Assembly: GCA_037443945.1 (NCBI GenBank)
Contig: JBBINH010000004.1
Coordinates: 64,976-128,975, forward strand
Source: Caldilineales bacterium
GTDB taxonomy: Bacteria > Chloroflexota > Anaerolineae > J102
Reading direction: 5' to 3'
Length of the DNA stretch: 64,000 nucleotides
The position numbers and the translations under genes are program-made. The notes beneath the pieces are model-generated. The model saw only the letters and a program-made list of their open reading frames with translations, made no database searches and was not told the origin of the DNA. This document shows, piece after piece, positions 8,144 to 16,555 of the stretch. Position 1 is the first letter of the stretch. Each line of letters starts with the position of its first letter.

Positions 8144-9448
8144 ATGCCACAGGACGATACGCACCATAGAACACGCAGTATGCGATTTACCCCCTCCATC
8201 ATCTCCTGGAACCTGACCCGGCTGTGCAACGAGCGCTGCCGGCACTGCTACCTGAACGCCGGCCCTTACGCCGACCGCTCCGACGAGTTCTCCACCGATG
8301 AGTGCCTAGAGGTGCTGGCCCAGCTCCGGGAGTTGGCGCCGGGAGCGTTGATCATCTTCACCGGTGGGGAGCCCCTGCTACGGGAGGACATCTACGACCT
8401 GGTGCGGGCGGCCCGTGAGGCGGGTTTCACCGTGGTGGTGGGTACCAACGGCATCCGCCTCACGCCGGAGCGGCTGGCCCGACTGCGGAAGGCCGGGGTG
8501 CAGGGGGTGGCCCTCAGCCTGGACTCGCTGCGCCCGGAAGTGCATGATGCCTTTCGAGGGCGACAAGGGGCATGGCAGGCGACCGTCGCCAGCATCGAAC
8601 ACCTGCGAGAGGATGGGCTGCCCTTCGTGCTCCAGACCACCGTCAGCCGTGCCAACTTGAAGGAGCTCCCCGACCTGGTGGCCTTCGCTGCCGCGAAGAA
8701 GGCACGCACCCACAACCTCTACTTTCTGGTCCCCACCGGCCGCGGTCAGACTTTCACCAGCGACATCACGCCCCACGAGTACGAGGCGTTGTTGCAGGAC
8801 ATCCGCCGCTGGCAGGAGGTCTACGCCGACCGCTTGCTTCTCTCGGCCAAGTGCGCGCCCCATTACCAGCGCGTGTTGTGGGAGTACGATCCCGATTCCC
8901 CCTACCTGCGCGCCTTCGACCAGGGGGCCGGCGGCTGCCCGGCGGCGATGCATTACCTGGGTATCCGCCCCAACGGCGATGTGACCCCTTGCCCTTACCT
9001 ACCGGTCTACGGCGGCAACCTGCGCCGGCAGTCTCTGGCGGCTATTTGGCACGAGTCGGAACTGTTCCGCCGCCTGCGGCAGCGCCACGCCTTGGCCGAC
9101 CGCTGCGGCGTCTGCGAGTTTCGCCTTCTGTGCGGGGGATGCCGGGCCCGCGCCTATGGTGTCACCGGAGATGTGATGGGGCCGGATCCCTGGTGTGAGT
9201 ACGAGCCGGGCGCCCGGGGCGGCCAATGGATCACCCCGGACGGAGCCGTAGCCTACGGCCTTGCCGTGGAGGGCGAGTTGACCTGGACACCGGAGGCGCA
9301 GCGGCTGCTGGAGGTTATCCCCTCCTTTGTGCGGGGACGCGTCCGGCACAGCGTAGAGGCTTACGCCCGTCAACATGCCTTATCCCTGGTCACCATCGAG
9401 GTGATGCAACAGGCCCGGAAGAAACGGGCCCTCCTGCCGGACTCATGA
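8144..9448 (+). CDS. Radical SAM enzyme with SPASM-type auxiliary cluster domain (AhbC/AhbD/NirJ-like) fused to a C-terminal PCP_red domain.
   Basis: CNERCRHCY radical SAM CxxxCxxC motif in a IISWNLTRLC context resembling tetrapyrrole-modifying rSAMs. Downstream Cys-rich SPASM region (CPAAMHY...CPYLP...CGVCEFRLLCGGCRARAY). C-terminus LTWTPEAQRLLEVIPSFVRGRVRHSVEAYARQHALSLVTIEV is a PCP_red domain. GGGAGG RBS 7 nt upstream of ATG 8144. Confidence 0.8.
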   Translation: MPQDDTHHRTRSMRFTPSIISWNLTRLCNERCRHCYLNAGPYADRSDEFSTDECLEVLAQLRELAPGALIIFTGGEPLLREDIYDLVRAAREAGFTVVVGTNGIRLTPERLARLRKAGVQGVALSLDSLRPEVHDAFRGRQGAWQATVASIEHLREDGLPFVLQTTVSRANLKELPDLVAFAAAKKARTHNLYFLVPTGRGQTFTSDITPHEYEALLQDIRRWQEVYADRLLLSAKCAPHYQRVLWEYDPDSPYLRAFDQGAGGCPAAMHYLGIRPNGDVTPCPYLPVYGGNLRRQSLAAIWHESELFRRLRQRHALADRCGVCEFRLLCGGCRARAYGVTGDVMGPDPWCEYEPGARGGQWITPDGAVAYGLAVEGELTWTPEAQRLLEVIPSFVRGRVRHSVEAYARQHALSLVTIEVMQQARKKRALLPDS

Positions 9449-9596
9449 ACAACAACTCGGCTCTTGGCTGCCATCTATCGACCCGGCTGCCCGCCCCTGA
9501 GCGCTGAGAGCACATCTGCCTCCTTCGCGAGGACACTCTATCGGCCAACCGTCGTTAGAGACGACCGGCATATGGCCTGACCGGCCTCCGACCTAT

Positions 9597-9628
9597 TTGA
9601 CAAAAGCCCAAATTGTGGTATCTATAAT
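9597..9628 (+). promoter_or_regulatory. Consensus-like sigma70 promoter (TTGACA ... TATAAT) in an AT-richer intergenic patch.
   Basis: TTGACA at 9597-9602. TATCTA (16-bp spacer, preceded by TGG) or TATAAT at 9623-9628 (20-bp spacer). No annotated + strand gene for ~460 nt downstream. Confidence 0.3.
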
Positions 9629-9697
9629 TGAGGGCACAACAACGGGACTCATACTACGCGCTACGAAGCCCTCACCGGACCCCCGGCGGCCCGCTTG

Positions 9698-9814
9698 GAC
9701 TCGGTTCTATCTTTTGTTGGTGAGAACGTTTGAACGTTAGAACGTTTGAACGTTAGAACGTTTGAACGTTATGCCTGCCTACCCCTCTTGCGCCAACACA
9801 CTCCGGAACCATCT
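9698..9814 (+). mobile_element. MITE-like nonautonomous element, copy 1 (about 117 bp), with imperfect right end and internal 8-bp tandem repeat.
   Basis: Left terminus GACTCGGTTC. Shares more than 90% of its sequence with copies at 31931-32024 (inverted) and 45307-45408. Flanked by CCCGCTTG on both sides (9690-9697 and ~9815-9822) consistent with an 8-bp TSD; the right TIR is degraded (GGAACCATCT instead of GGAACCGAGTC). Confidence 0.6.
9724..9771 (+). repeat. Tandem repeat (GAACGTTT/GAACGTTA)x6 inside MITE copy 1; copy number varies between MITE copies (6, 3 and 4 units).
   Basis: Perfect alternation gaacgttt gaacgtta x3 at 9724-9771. Same array with 3 units in copy 2 and 4 units in copy 3. 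AACGTT core is palindromic. Confidence 0.85.
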
Positions 9815-10091
9815 CCCCGCTTGCTTGATCGATCGGCATTGCCAACGTTATGTTACCGAGCGCGCGTTATGAAGACGGCAAAACCGAGAGCGGCCGGACG
9901 GCATTTCAGGCTCAGGCGCATCGGGCATGGTAGCATCACCCGGTCGCCCCTACCGCCTTACCGTTATGTTCATGGTCCAGACCGAGTTGGACCGATTCGG
10001 AAGACGTAGGTCTGGGATCTCGAATCGGTTTGGCGGTGGAAGAGGGGCCTACCGATCACCCAGATGCACTCCTGCAAGAGACACCGAGTTT

Positions 10092-12647
10092 ATGAAAAGC
10101 CTTTATCCCAAAATTATGCTGCTCGTCGGTGGTGCTTTTGCGGTCGTCATGACGGCTATTGTGGCCTTCGTCTACGTCTCAGGGAGCCGGCAGATCGAGC
10201 AAGAGGGGTTGGCACGGGCAGAAACCTTGAATCGCATGGCCTTCGAAGTCCTCTACGCCTCCATGCGCCAAGGAGGTGGTCGCGAGGGCAATCGCCGGGT
10301 CATCGCCCGGCTGCAGGAGACGGGAGCTTTCACCACCCTGCGGGTGGTGAAGGGCGAGCCGGTGGTCCGGCAGTTCGGTGCGGAGCCGGAGGAGTTACCT
10401 CGGGATGCGTTGGAGCGTCGCGCTCTGGCCGGCGAGGAAGTACGAGAGGTTCGCCGGGAAGGAGGCTATCGCATCGTACGCTACGTTACCCCCCTGCGGG
10501 TGCAGGTGGAATGCCAGCGCTGTCATCAGGCCCAGATCGGTGAGATCAACGGGGTGATCTCCACCGAGATTTCGTTGCAGGCCTACGAAAGCACCCTCCG
10601 GCAACGACGAGACGTGTTGCTCCTGACCCTAGGGGGCGGATTGCTGATTCTGGGTCTGCTGACCTTTTATGCCTTGCAGCGCCTGGTCATCCGTCCTTTG
10701 CAGACGATCCAACGAGGTGCCACGGCCATTGCCCAGGGGGCGCTCGACCACCGTCTGGAGGTGCGCACCGGTGACGAGCTCGAGGTCCTGGCCAGGGAGT
10801 TCAATACCATGGCCGCACGCTTGCAGGAATCCTACGTCGTTCTGGAACAGAAGGTGGCCGAGCGCACGCAGGAGCTGGTTGCCCTCAACCAAGTGGCCGA
10901 AGCCGTCAACCGTTCGTTGGACCTGAAGGAAACGTTGCCCGAGGTTCTGGAACAAGTGATGGCGCTGATAGGAGCGGAGGCAGCGGATATCCGAGTGATC
11001 GAGAACGGTACCTTGTGCGTGCGGACCAGCCGGGGGCTCTCTCCCGCCTTTCTGGAACAGGACGCTCGGGTGCCGGTGGGTCACTGCCTATGCGGTATGG
11101 CTGCACTGACGGGCCGCGCCATGATGGCCGAGGACCTGCACAGGGAGCACCCCGAAGCGGAGTGTTGCCTGGCGGCGGGATTTCGTTCCAGCCTCAGCGT
11201 ACCGGTGGCGGCCAAGGGGCAGATGGTGGGGGTGATCCACCTGGCCAGCTCCCAACCCTACGCCTTCAACGCTCGGCAAGAGGCCATCCTCACGGCAGTG
11301 GGTCAGCATGTCGGATTAGCCATCGAGAAAGTACGCCTCTACGAAGGGGAACGCTCGCAGCGTCAGGTGGCCGAGATTCTGCGTCGGGCATCCCAAACCT
11401 TGAGCGCCAGTCTGAATCTGGACACGGTCTTGCACACCCTTCTCGAACAACTGGGGCAGGTTCTGATCGTAGACGCGGGGCTTATCCTGCTTTGTGAGGG
11501 CGATCACCTGCGGGTGGCGGCGGTGCGTGGCCGGCCTGAACTGAGGATGGAACGGCTGTTGGGCTATCAAATCCCGTTGTCCGCCAATCGGGATTTCTAC
11601 CGGGTCATTCAGGAGAAACGCGTGCTGACTTTCTGTCAGCCCGGCCGACGGCCTCCCTTTGCCGATGGTTTCCAACCCATCGAAGAGGTCGATTGGTGTC
11701 TGGTAGTCCCGTTGTTGCGTGGGAGCGAAGTCATGGGGTTGCTGGCCGTGGAACAACTGAACCACTGTTACGACAAGGAAGAAGAACCTCAGATTGCCAT
11801 GGCCTTTGCCAACCATGCGGTCATGGCCATCGAAAACGCCCGCCTGTACGCCGAGATCAAGACGCTGAACGAGGAACTGGAGGCGCGGGTAGAACGCCGG
11901 ACGCAAGAGCTGAACGAGGCAAGGGAAGTTCTGGCACGCCAGGCGAAACAACTCCGCCACCTGCTGAACAAGACCATTCGTATCCAGGAAGAGGAACGGG
12001 ATCGCATCGCTCAGGACATCCACGACGGGATCTCCCAGTTGATTATGGGTGCCCTCTACGAAACCCAGGCCGCCAAGGTCTCTCTGGCGGAGCGCCCCGA
12101 AGTGGCGCGAAAAAAACTGCAGAGCGCCCAGGAGATCTTGAAACAGCTCAAAACGGAAATGCAGCGCATCATTTACGACCTACACCCCGCCGTGCTCAGC
12201 ACTTCCGGGCTGGTGCCGGCACTGGAGGCCTGGATCGCTGACTACCAGGTCCACACCGGAGTTTCCTGTGCTTTTACCATCTCCGGTTCGGTCCGGCGCC
12301 TGACACCTGAGCGAGAGCGAGCGGTATACCGTATTGTTCAGGAGGCGCTCCACAACATAGCCCAACACGCCCAGGCCCATCAAGCGTGGGTGATGCTGAC
12401 ATTCACCCCGGAAACGCTGCGTATCACTATTGATGACGATGGATGCGGCTTTGACCGCTTGGCGGTGCTGAACGACTCACGCAATCACCTGGGGCTGGTG
12501 AGCATGCAGGAACGCGCTCAGAGCATCGGCGGTGAGTTGGAAATCTATTCTCGGCCGGGATATGGCACCCGCATTCTCGTCCAGGTGCCGGCTAACGACC
12601 ATTCGGAAGGCGAGGGAAATGGAGCGGATTCGGATCCTTATTGCTGA
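10092..12647 (+). CDS. Sensor histidine kinase: TM anchor + HAMP + three GAF domains + HisKA_3 (NarL-type) dimerisation/phosphoacceptor + HATPase_c.
   Basis: HAMP-like segment after TM. H-box IAQDIHDGISQ. ATP-binding blocks (QEALHNIAQHA, DDDGCGFD, GLVSMQERA). Start chosen at ATG 10092 (MKSLYPK..., hydrophobic N-terminus). Confidence 0.8.
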   Translation: MKSLYPKIMLLVGGAFAVVMTAIVAFVYVSGSRQIEQEGLARAETLNRMAFEVLYASMRQGGGREGNRRVIARLQETGAFTTLRVVKGEPVVRQFGAEPEELPRDALERRALAGEEVREVRREGGYRIVRYVTPLRVQVECQRCHQAQIGEINGVISTEISLQAYESTLRQRRDVLLLTLGGGLLILGLLTFYALQRLVIRPLQTIQRGATAIAQGALDHRLEVRTGDELEVLAREFNTMAARLQESYVVLEQKVAERTQELVALNQVAEAVNRSLDLKETLPEVLEQVMALIGAEAADIRVIENGTLCVRTSRGLSPAFLEQDARVPVGHCLCGMAALTGRAMMAEDLHREHPEAECCLAAGFRSSLSVPVAAKGQMVGVIHLASSQPYAFNARQEAILTAVGQHVGLAIEKVRLYEGERSQRQVAEILRRASQTLSASLNLDTVLHTLLEQLGQVLIVDAGLILLCEGDHLRVAAVRGRPELRMERLLGYQIPLSANRDFYRVIQEKRVLTFCQPGRRPPFADGFQPIEEVDWCLVVPLLRGSEVMGLLAVEQLNHCYDKEEEPQIAMAFANHAVMAIENARLYAEIKTLNEELEARVERRTQELNEAREVLARQAKQLRHLLNKTIRIQEEERDRIAQDIHDGISQLIMGALYETQAAKVSLAERPEVARKKLQSAQEILKQLKTEMQRIIYDLHPAVLSTSGLVPALEAWIADYQVHTGVSCAFTISGSVRRLTPERERAVYRIVQEALHNIAQHAQAHQAWVMLTFTPETLRITIDDDGCGFDRLAVLNDSRNHLGLVSMQERAQSIGGELEIYSRPGYGTRILVQVPANDHSEGEGNGADSDPYC

Positions 12648-13260
12648 CGATCATCCTATTGTGCGCCAGGGTATTCGTAGCCTGCTGACCCAGTACGATG
12701 ACCTAGAGGTGGTCGGTGAGGCTGGCACCGGACCGGCCGTGCTGCAACAGGCGGCGCGGCTCAAACCGGATGTTATTCTGTTGGATGTACGCATGACCGG
12801 CGCCAACGGCATCGAAATCGCGCGCCAACTACGCCGGGAACACCCGGAAATCCGCATCATCATCCTGACCACGTACGATGATGAAAAGTATCTCTACGGG
12901 GCACTTCAGGTGGGTGCTCAAGCCTATCTCTTGAAAGATGTTTCCCTGGAGACGCTTCCCGCCGCGATCCGGGCAGTCTATCAGGGGGAACGGCTTCTGA
13001 GCCCCCTGTTGGTGGACAAAGTGTTGCGCGAATTTCAGAGCCTGGCCATCGAAAAGCTCCGCCGCGATGCCGGCTTGTCCGAGGAAGAGCTGCGCATCCT
13101 GCGGGCTATGGCCGAGGGCGCGAACAATAAAGAGATCGCCGAGGAGTTCTTCTGGAGCGAGGTGACCGTCAAGAAAAAGGTGCAGGAAATCCTGGTGAAG
13201 CTCAACGCCGAGAACCGCACCCAGGCCGTAGCCCAGGCCATTCGCCAGGGTTTGATCTAG
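12619..13260 (+). CDS. NarL/FixJ-family response regulator (REC + LuxR-type HTH).
   Basis: ILIADDHPIVRQG...LLDVRMTG receiver motifs. C-terminal LuxR HTH (NKEIAEEFFWSEVTVKKKV). Overlaps the 3' end of the kinase gene. Confidence 0.85.
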   Translation: MERIRILIADDHPIVRQGIRSLLTQYDDLEVVGEAGTGPAVLQQAARLKPDVILLDVRMTGANGIEIARQLRREHPEIRIIILTTYDDEKYLYGALQVGAQAYLLKDVSLETLPAAIRAVYQGERLLSPLLVDKVLREFQSLAIEKLRRDAGLSEEELRILRAMAEGANNKEIAEEFFWSEVTVKKKVQEILVKLNAENRTQAVAQAIRQGLI

Positions 13261-13562
13261 CCGATGGCCGATGACCAATAGGACCTGCCATCGGCAGCGT
13301 AAATTTCGCGGTGCGTACACGATATGCCAGGGGCCTGAGTCCTGTCGTCGGGGCGCCCGGGGACAGACTTTCGACTGCGCTTTCGTGCCCCACGACAAGG
13401 CCAAAGTAACCGCCTATCTGCCCTAGAGAAGGCTGATGAGTGAGGACGAGGGGCCGTTTTCCTGTGGAAAATGCCCCTAATCCGTCAGGAAAACGACGGA
13501 TCGGTCGGGTCGGTCACGGTGCCGTTCTGGTCTCCCGGCGAGACGTTCTCTCACCGAAACGC

Positions 13563-15194
13563 TTACTCAATGACAACGGTACAGAAACGGGTCGGCTCGC
13601 GATCATCGGACAGAGGAGCGCCGGTTTCGTCCTGCAGGCGAATGGTAACACGACCGGCAGCTGCATCCACCGTCACTAGACCGTAGGCATAAGCATCAAG
13701 CCGCCGACAGTCCACACCGACCAGGTCAAGGCCACGGTGAAACTGCGCCACCAGCTCCGGACCGCCGCTGTGCTCCAACCGACGGCCGAGGGTGGTAGCG
13801 GCAATGGGGCCGGTCACGGCCTCGTAGGCGATGGGAGTGGGGTCGGTGAAACGGTCGATGGCCACTTCGTTCATCAGACTGGCGTGAGCATCGGTGGTCA
13901 GGAAGATGACACCGGCCATCTCCCGGCTGCGGATGAAGGTGAGAATTTCGTTGCGCTCGGCGGCATAGCCCTCCCAACGGTCGTAGGGCCAGAAGTAGTA
14001 CTGCTGGATGGGGACCGAGCTGATGACGAAACGGAAACGGGCTGTCGAGGCGAGCAGGGCTTGTTTGAAAAGTTCCTTCTGCCGATCGCCCAACAGGGTA
14101 CGATTCGGATTGACGATGGCCTCGCGGCAGCCGGGTGGCGGTGTGGCCGGCAGTCCCAACTGCAGGCGGCTAAGTGCCGGCAGCGTGGGCGCCGGGTCGA
14201 GATTGCCGTTCGCATCGCGACAAGACGCCACGGCGGCCGCGCTGCGACACGAACGGGTATCCAGGACGATGAGTTCCACCAGATTGCCCCACCGGAACAG
14301 GCGGAACAACGGCGCCCCTGCGCAGCCGTCGGCCGGGGGCAGCGTCTCGGTGTGGAGGGGCATGTACTCGAGAAAAGCCTGTCGCGCGGCGGCATAACGC
14401 GCGCGGTCGACGGTCTGGCCGGCGTAATCGTTGACGACCTCATGGTCATCCCAGATGGCGTAGATGGGCACGGCGGCCAGCAAGTCGGTCAAAGCCGTAT
14501 AACGGCGGTGGAGACGATACGTCTGCCGATACTCGGCTAAGGTTTGGGCCGGTCTACCGCCGCGGGCCGGCGAATCGGCGTAGATCGTATCGCCCAGATA
14601 GATGAAGAAATCGGGCTGCTCGCGACGGACGGCCTCCAGTACCTCGAAGGCATTGTAGGCGGGACGTCCATCCACGAGCGTGCCGTCGCTGTCGCCGCTG
14701 TAGGCGAAGCGCACGGCGGCGGTCCGATCGGGAGCCGGCGCCGTGCGCAGCATCCCGATCGGGCTGGCATCGGCGCCCTGACGCCAACGGAAGAAATAAC
14801 GCGTGTCCGCAGTCAGATCGTCCACCCGCGCCTGGGCTGTGAAGTCCGTAGCCGGCCCGACCATGACCGCCCGACGCGCCACCACGCTGTTGAAAAAGGG
14901 ATCGGTGGCGATTTCGAGGGTCAATGGCGTCTCGCCGTCGGTGCGCGTCCAGAACTGCGCCGCCGTGGCGGTGACATCGCCCACGGCCACTCCGTCGGGA
15001 AAGCCGACGAGGGCCGGGGCGCGGCCCATCAGGGGAAAGTAGTAGCGGAACGGCCTCCCCTCGGCGTTGCCCGTCATGATGGCGACGATCAGCCATGGCA
15101 CCGGCAACGCAAGCCGTATCACCGTCTGGCTATAGCGCCGGATCGCGGAATCGGCACGGTGTCGGAGCGGAGCGAAGAGTTGGCTCATGCGCAA
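13563..15194 (-). CDS. phoD: PhoD-like alkaline phosphatase/phosphodiesterase (metallophosphatase).
   Basis: N-terminal PhoD-type beta domain (GVAVGDVTATAAQFWTRT...FFRWR). Metallophosphatase motifs (YSGDSDGT, FFIYLGDTIYAD, WDDHEVVND). Confidence 0.7.
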   Translation of the reverse strand: MRMSQLFAPLRHRADSAIRRYSQTVIRLALPVPWLIVAIMTGNAEGRPFRYYFPLMGRAPALVGFPDGVAVGDVTATAAQFWTRTDGETPLTLEIATDPFFNSVVARRAVMVGPATDFTAQARVDDLTADTRYFFRWRQGADASPIGMLRTAPAPDRTAAVRFAYSGDSDGTLVDGRPAYNAFEVLEAVRREQPDFFIYLGDTIYADSPARGGRPAQTLAEYRQTYRLHRRYTALTDLLAAVPIYAIWDDHEVVNDYAGQTVDRARYAAARQAFLEYMPLHTETLPPADGCAGAPLFRLFRWGNLVELIVLDTRSCRSAAAVASCRDANGNLDPAPTLPALSRLQLGLPATPPPGCREAIVNPNRTLLGDRQKELFKQALLASTARFRFVISSVPIQQYYFWPYDRWEGYAAERNEILTFIRSREMAGVIFLTTDAHASLMNEVAIDRFTDPTPIAYEAVTGPIAATTLGRRLEHSGGPELVAQFHRGLDLVGVDCRRLDAYAYGLVTVDAAAGRVTIRLQDETGAPLSDDREPTRFCTVVIE

Positions 15195-15365
15195 CAGGGG
15201 GAAGCGGCAACAGAACGGGGAATTTGGGGGCTTCTTTCCGCGTGCAAATCGGGACGATTATGATCGAGATCATATTGGTGAAATCTCGAACATGCTTTAC
15301 TGGAGATGTCTCACCTCCCAGTGCGGCACCCCTCTCATCGGTGCACCTCCTTTCAGTGTGTGTGG

Positions 15366-15403
15366 AGAGATCCCCGGCAACAAAAACGCCGGGGATTCTC
15401 TTT
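15366..15403 (+). terminator. GC-rich hairpin (13-bp stem, A-rich loop) followed by TTT in the add/phoD intergenic region; possible terminator for add.
   Basis: agagatccccggc-aacaaaaac-gccggggattctct followed by tttaacc. Lies downstream of add (minus strand) and upstream of phoD. Confidence 0.3.
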
Positions 15404-15520
15404 AACCTCTCCGCACCTTGCGAAGATGAGAACGGGCTCGATAGAGGTTTCACGCGGGTGATTCCAGGGGAGGGGATGAAGACCTTTGGGGGCGGTTCAG
15501 ACGGTTGTCTTGGCCCGGTA

Positions 15521-16555
15521 TCAACGCATCCCCGCTTGTTCCTGAGAAGGCCGGTCGCGACGTCGTGCTTGCGCACGCAGCGTTTCCTTTTCTTCGGCGG
15601 AGAGAAAGGCCACGGTCAGGGCATTGGCCTGGGCCTGGCGGATGTGCGCCGGCGTGAGGCCGGCGGCCGGCGCCGCCACCCGGTATTCATAGGGCAGGTC
15701 GATGGCGCTGATGCCGGGGTCGTCCGAGTTGATGGTGGCCAACAGGCCACGCTCCAGCCACGAACGCAAGGGGTGAGAGGCGTAATCGGGCACGGTTGAG
15801 GTCTGCACGTTGCTGGTCAGATTGGCTTCGATGCCGATGCCATGGGTGGCCATGTACTCGAGCAGGGCCGGGTCTTGACCGGCCGTGACGGCATGGCCGA
15901 TGCGCTCGGCGCCCAGGTCGCGGATCGCCTGCCAGATGCTGGCAGGCCCGGCCGCTTCGCCGGCGTGGACGGTGATATGCCAGCCGACATCCCGCGCGCG
16001 GCGGAAATGGTCCACAAAGAGTGTACCCGGCCAGTTGGCTTCATCGCCGGCCAGATCGAGGGCCACCAGGCGGTCGCGCTGGCTGAGAAGCGCCTCCAGC
16101 TCACGCCATCCGCTTTCAGGGCCGAAATGCCGACTGATAATGCCGATCAAGTTGACCCGCACGCCCGTCGCGCGGGCAGCCGCTTCGACGCCATCGCACA
16201 CGGCTTCGACCACGCCCGTGGGGTCCAGGTTGTGGCTGCGGGCCATAAAAACGGGGCTAAAACGCAGCTCGATGTAGGCGATGCCCTCCCGATGGGCGTC
16301 TTCAACGTTCTCATAGGCGACGCGGCGGCAGGCTTCGTAATCCACGAGCACACCGGTCATCCAGCGAAACTTTTCCAGAAAGGCCATGACACCGGGCTGC
16401 GGCGTCGTCACCTGGACGTGGGGGCGCAGGCTTTCCAGATCCCAGGCCGGCAGGGGCAGGTTGTGCTGGCGGCCCAGGTCGAGGATGGTCTGCAGTCGCA
16501 CCGAACCGTCGAGATGGCGGTGCAGGTCGATCAAGGGGAGGGTGGGATCGATCAC
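15521..16555 (-). CDS. add: Adenosine deaminase.
   Basis: Signature HRHLDGS near N-terminus. Overall adenosine/AMP deaminase family pattern. Confidence 0.8.
   Translation of the reverse strand: MIDPTLPLIDLHRHLDGSVRLQTILDLGRQHNLPLPAWDLESLRPHVQVTTPQPGVMAFLEKFRWMTGVLVDYEACRRVAYENVEDAHREGIAYIELRFSPVFMARSHNLDPTGVVEAVCDGVEAAARATGVRVNLIGIISRHFGPESGWRELEALLSQRDRLVALDLAGDEANWPGTLFVDHFRRARDVGWHITVHAGEAAGPASIWQAIRDLGAERIGHAVTAGQDPALLEYMATHGIGIEANLTSNVQTSTVPDYASHPLRSWLERGLLATINSDDPGISAIDLPYEYRVAAPAAGLTPAHIRQAQANALTVAFLSAEEKETLRAQARRRDRPSQEQAGMR

Noticed and set aside
9724-9771. Possible CRISPR array suggested by tandem GAACGTTN repeats.
   Set aside because: Units are 8 bp with no spacers and sit inside a TIR/TSD-bounded element. 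It is a microsatellite within a MITE, not a CRISPR.
9746-10009. Small ORF (87 aa) in the intergenic region upstream of the sensor kinase.
   Set aside because: It starts inside the MITE copy and has no RBS or motif; it is likely non-coding leader sequence.
13262-13562. Nested inverted repeats between the response regulator and phoD (e.g. ccgatggc...gccatcgg; ttttcc...ggaaaa).
   Set aside because: This is a convergent-gene spacer where terminator hairpins are expected. No conserved riboswitch-like pattern was recognised, so no specific feature is called.
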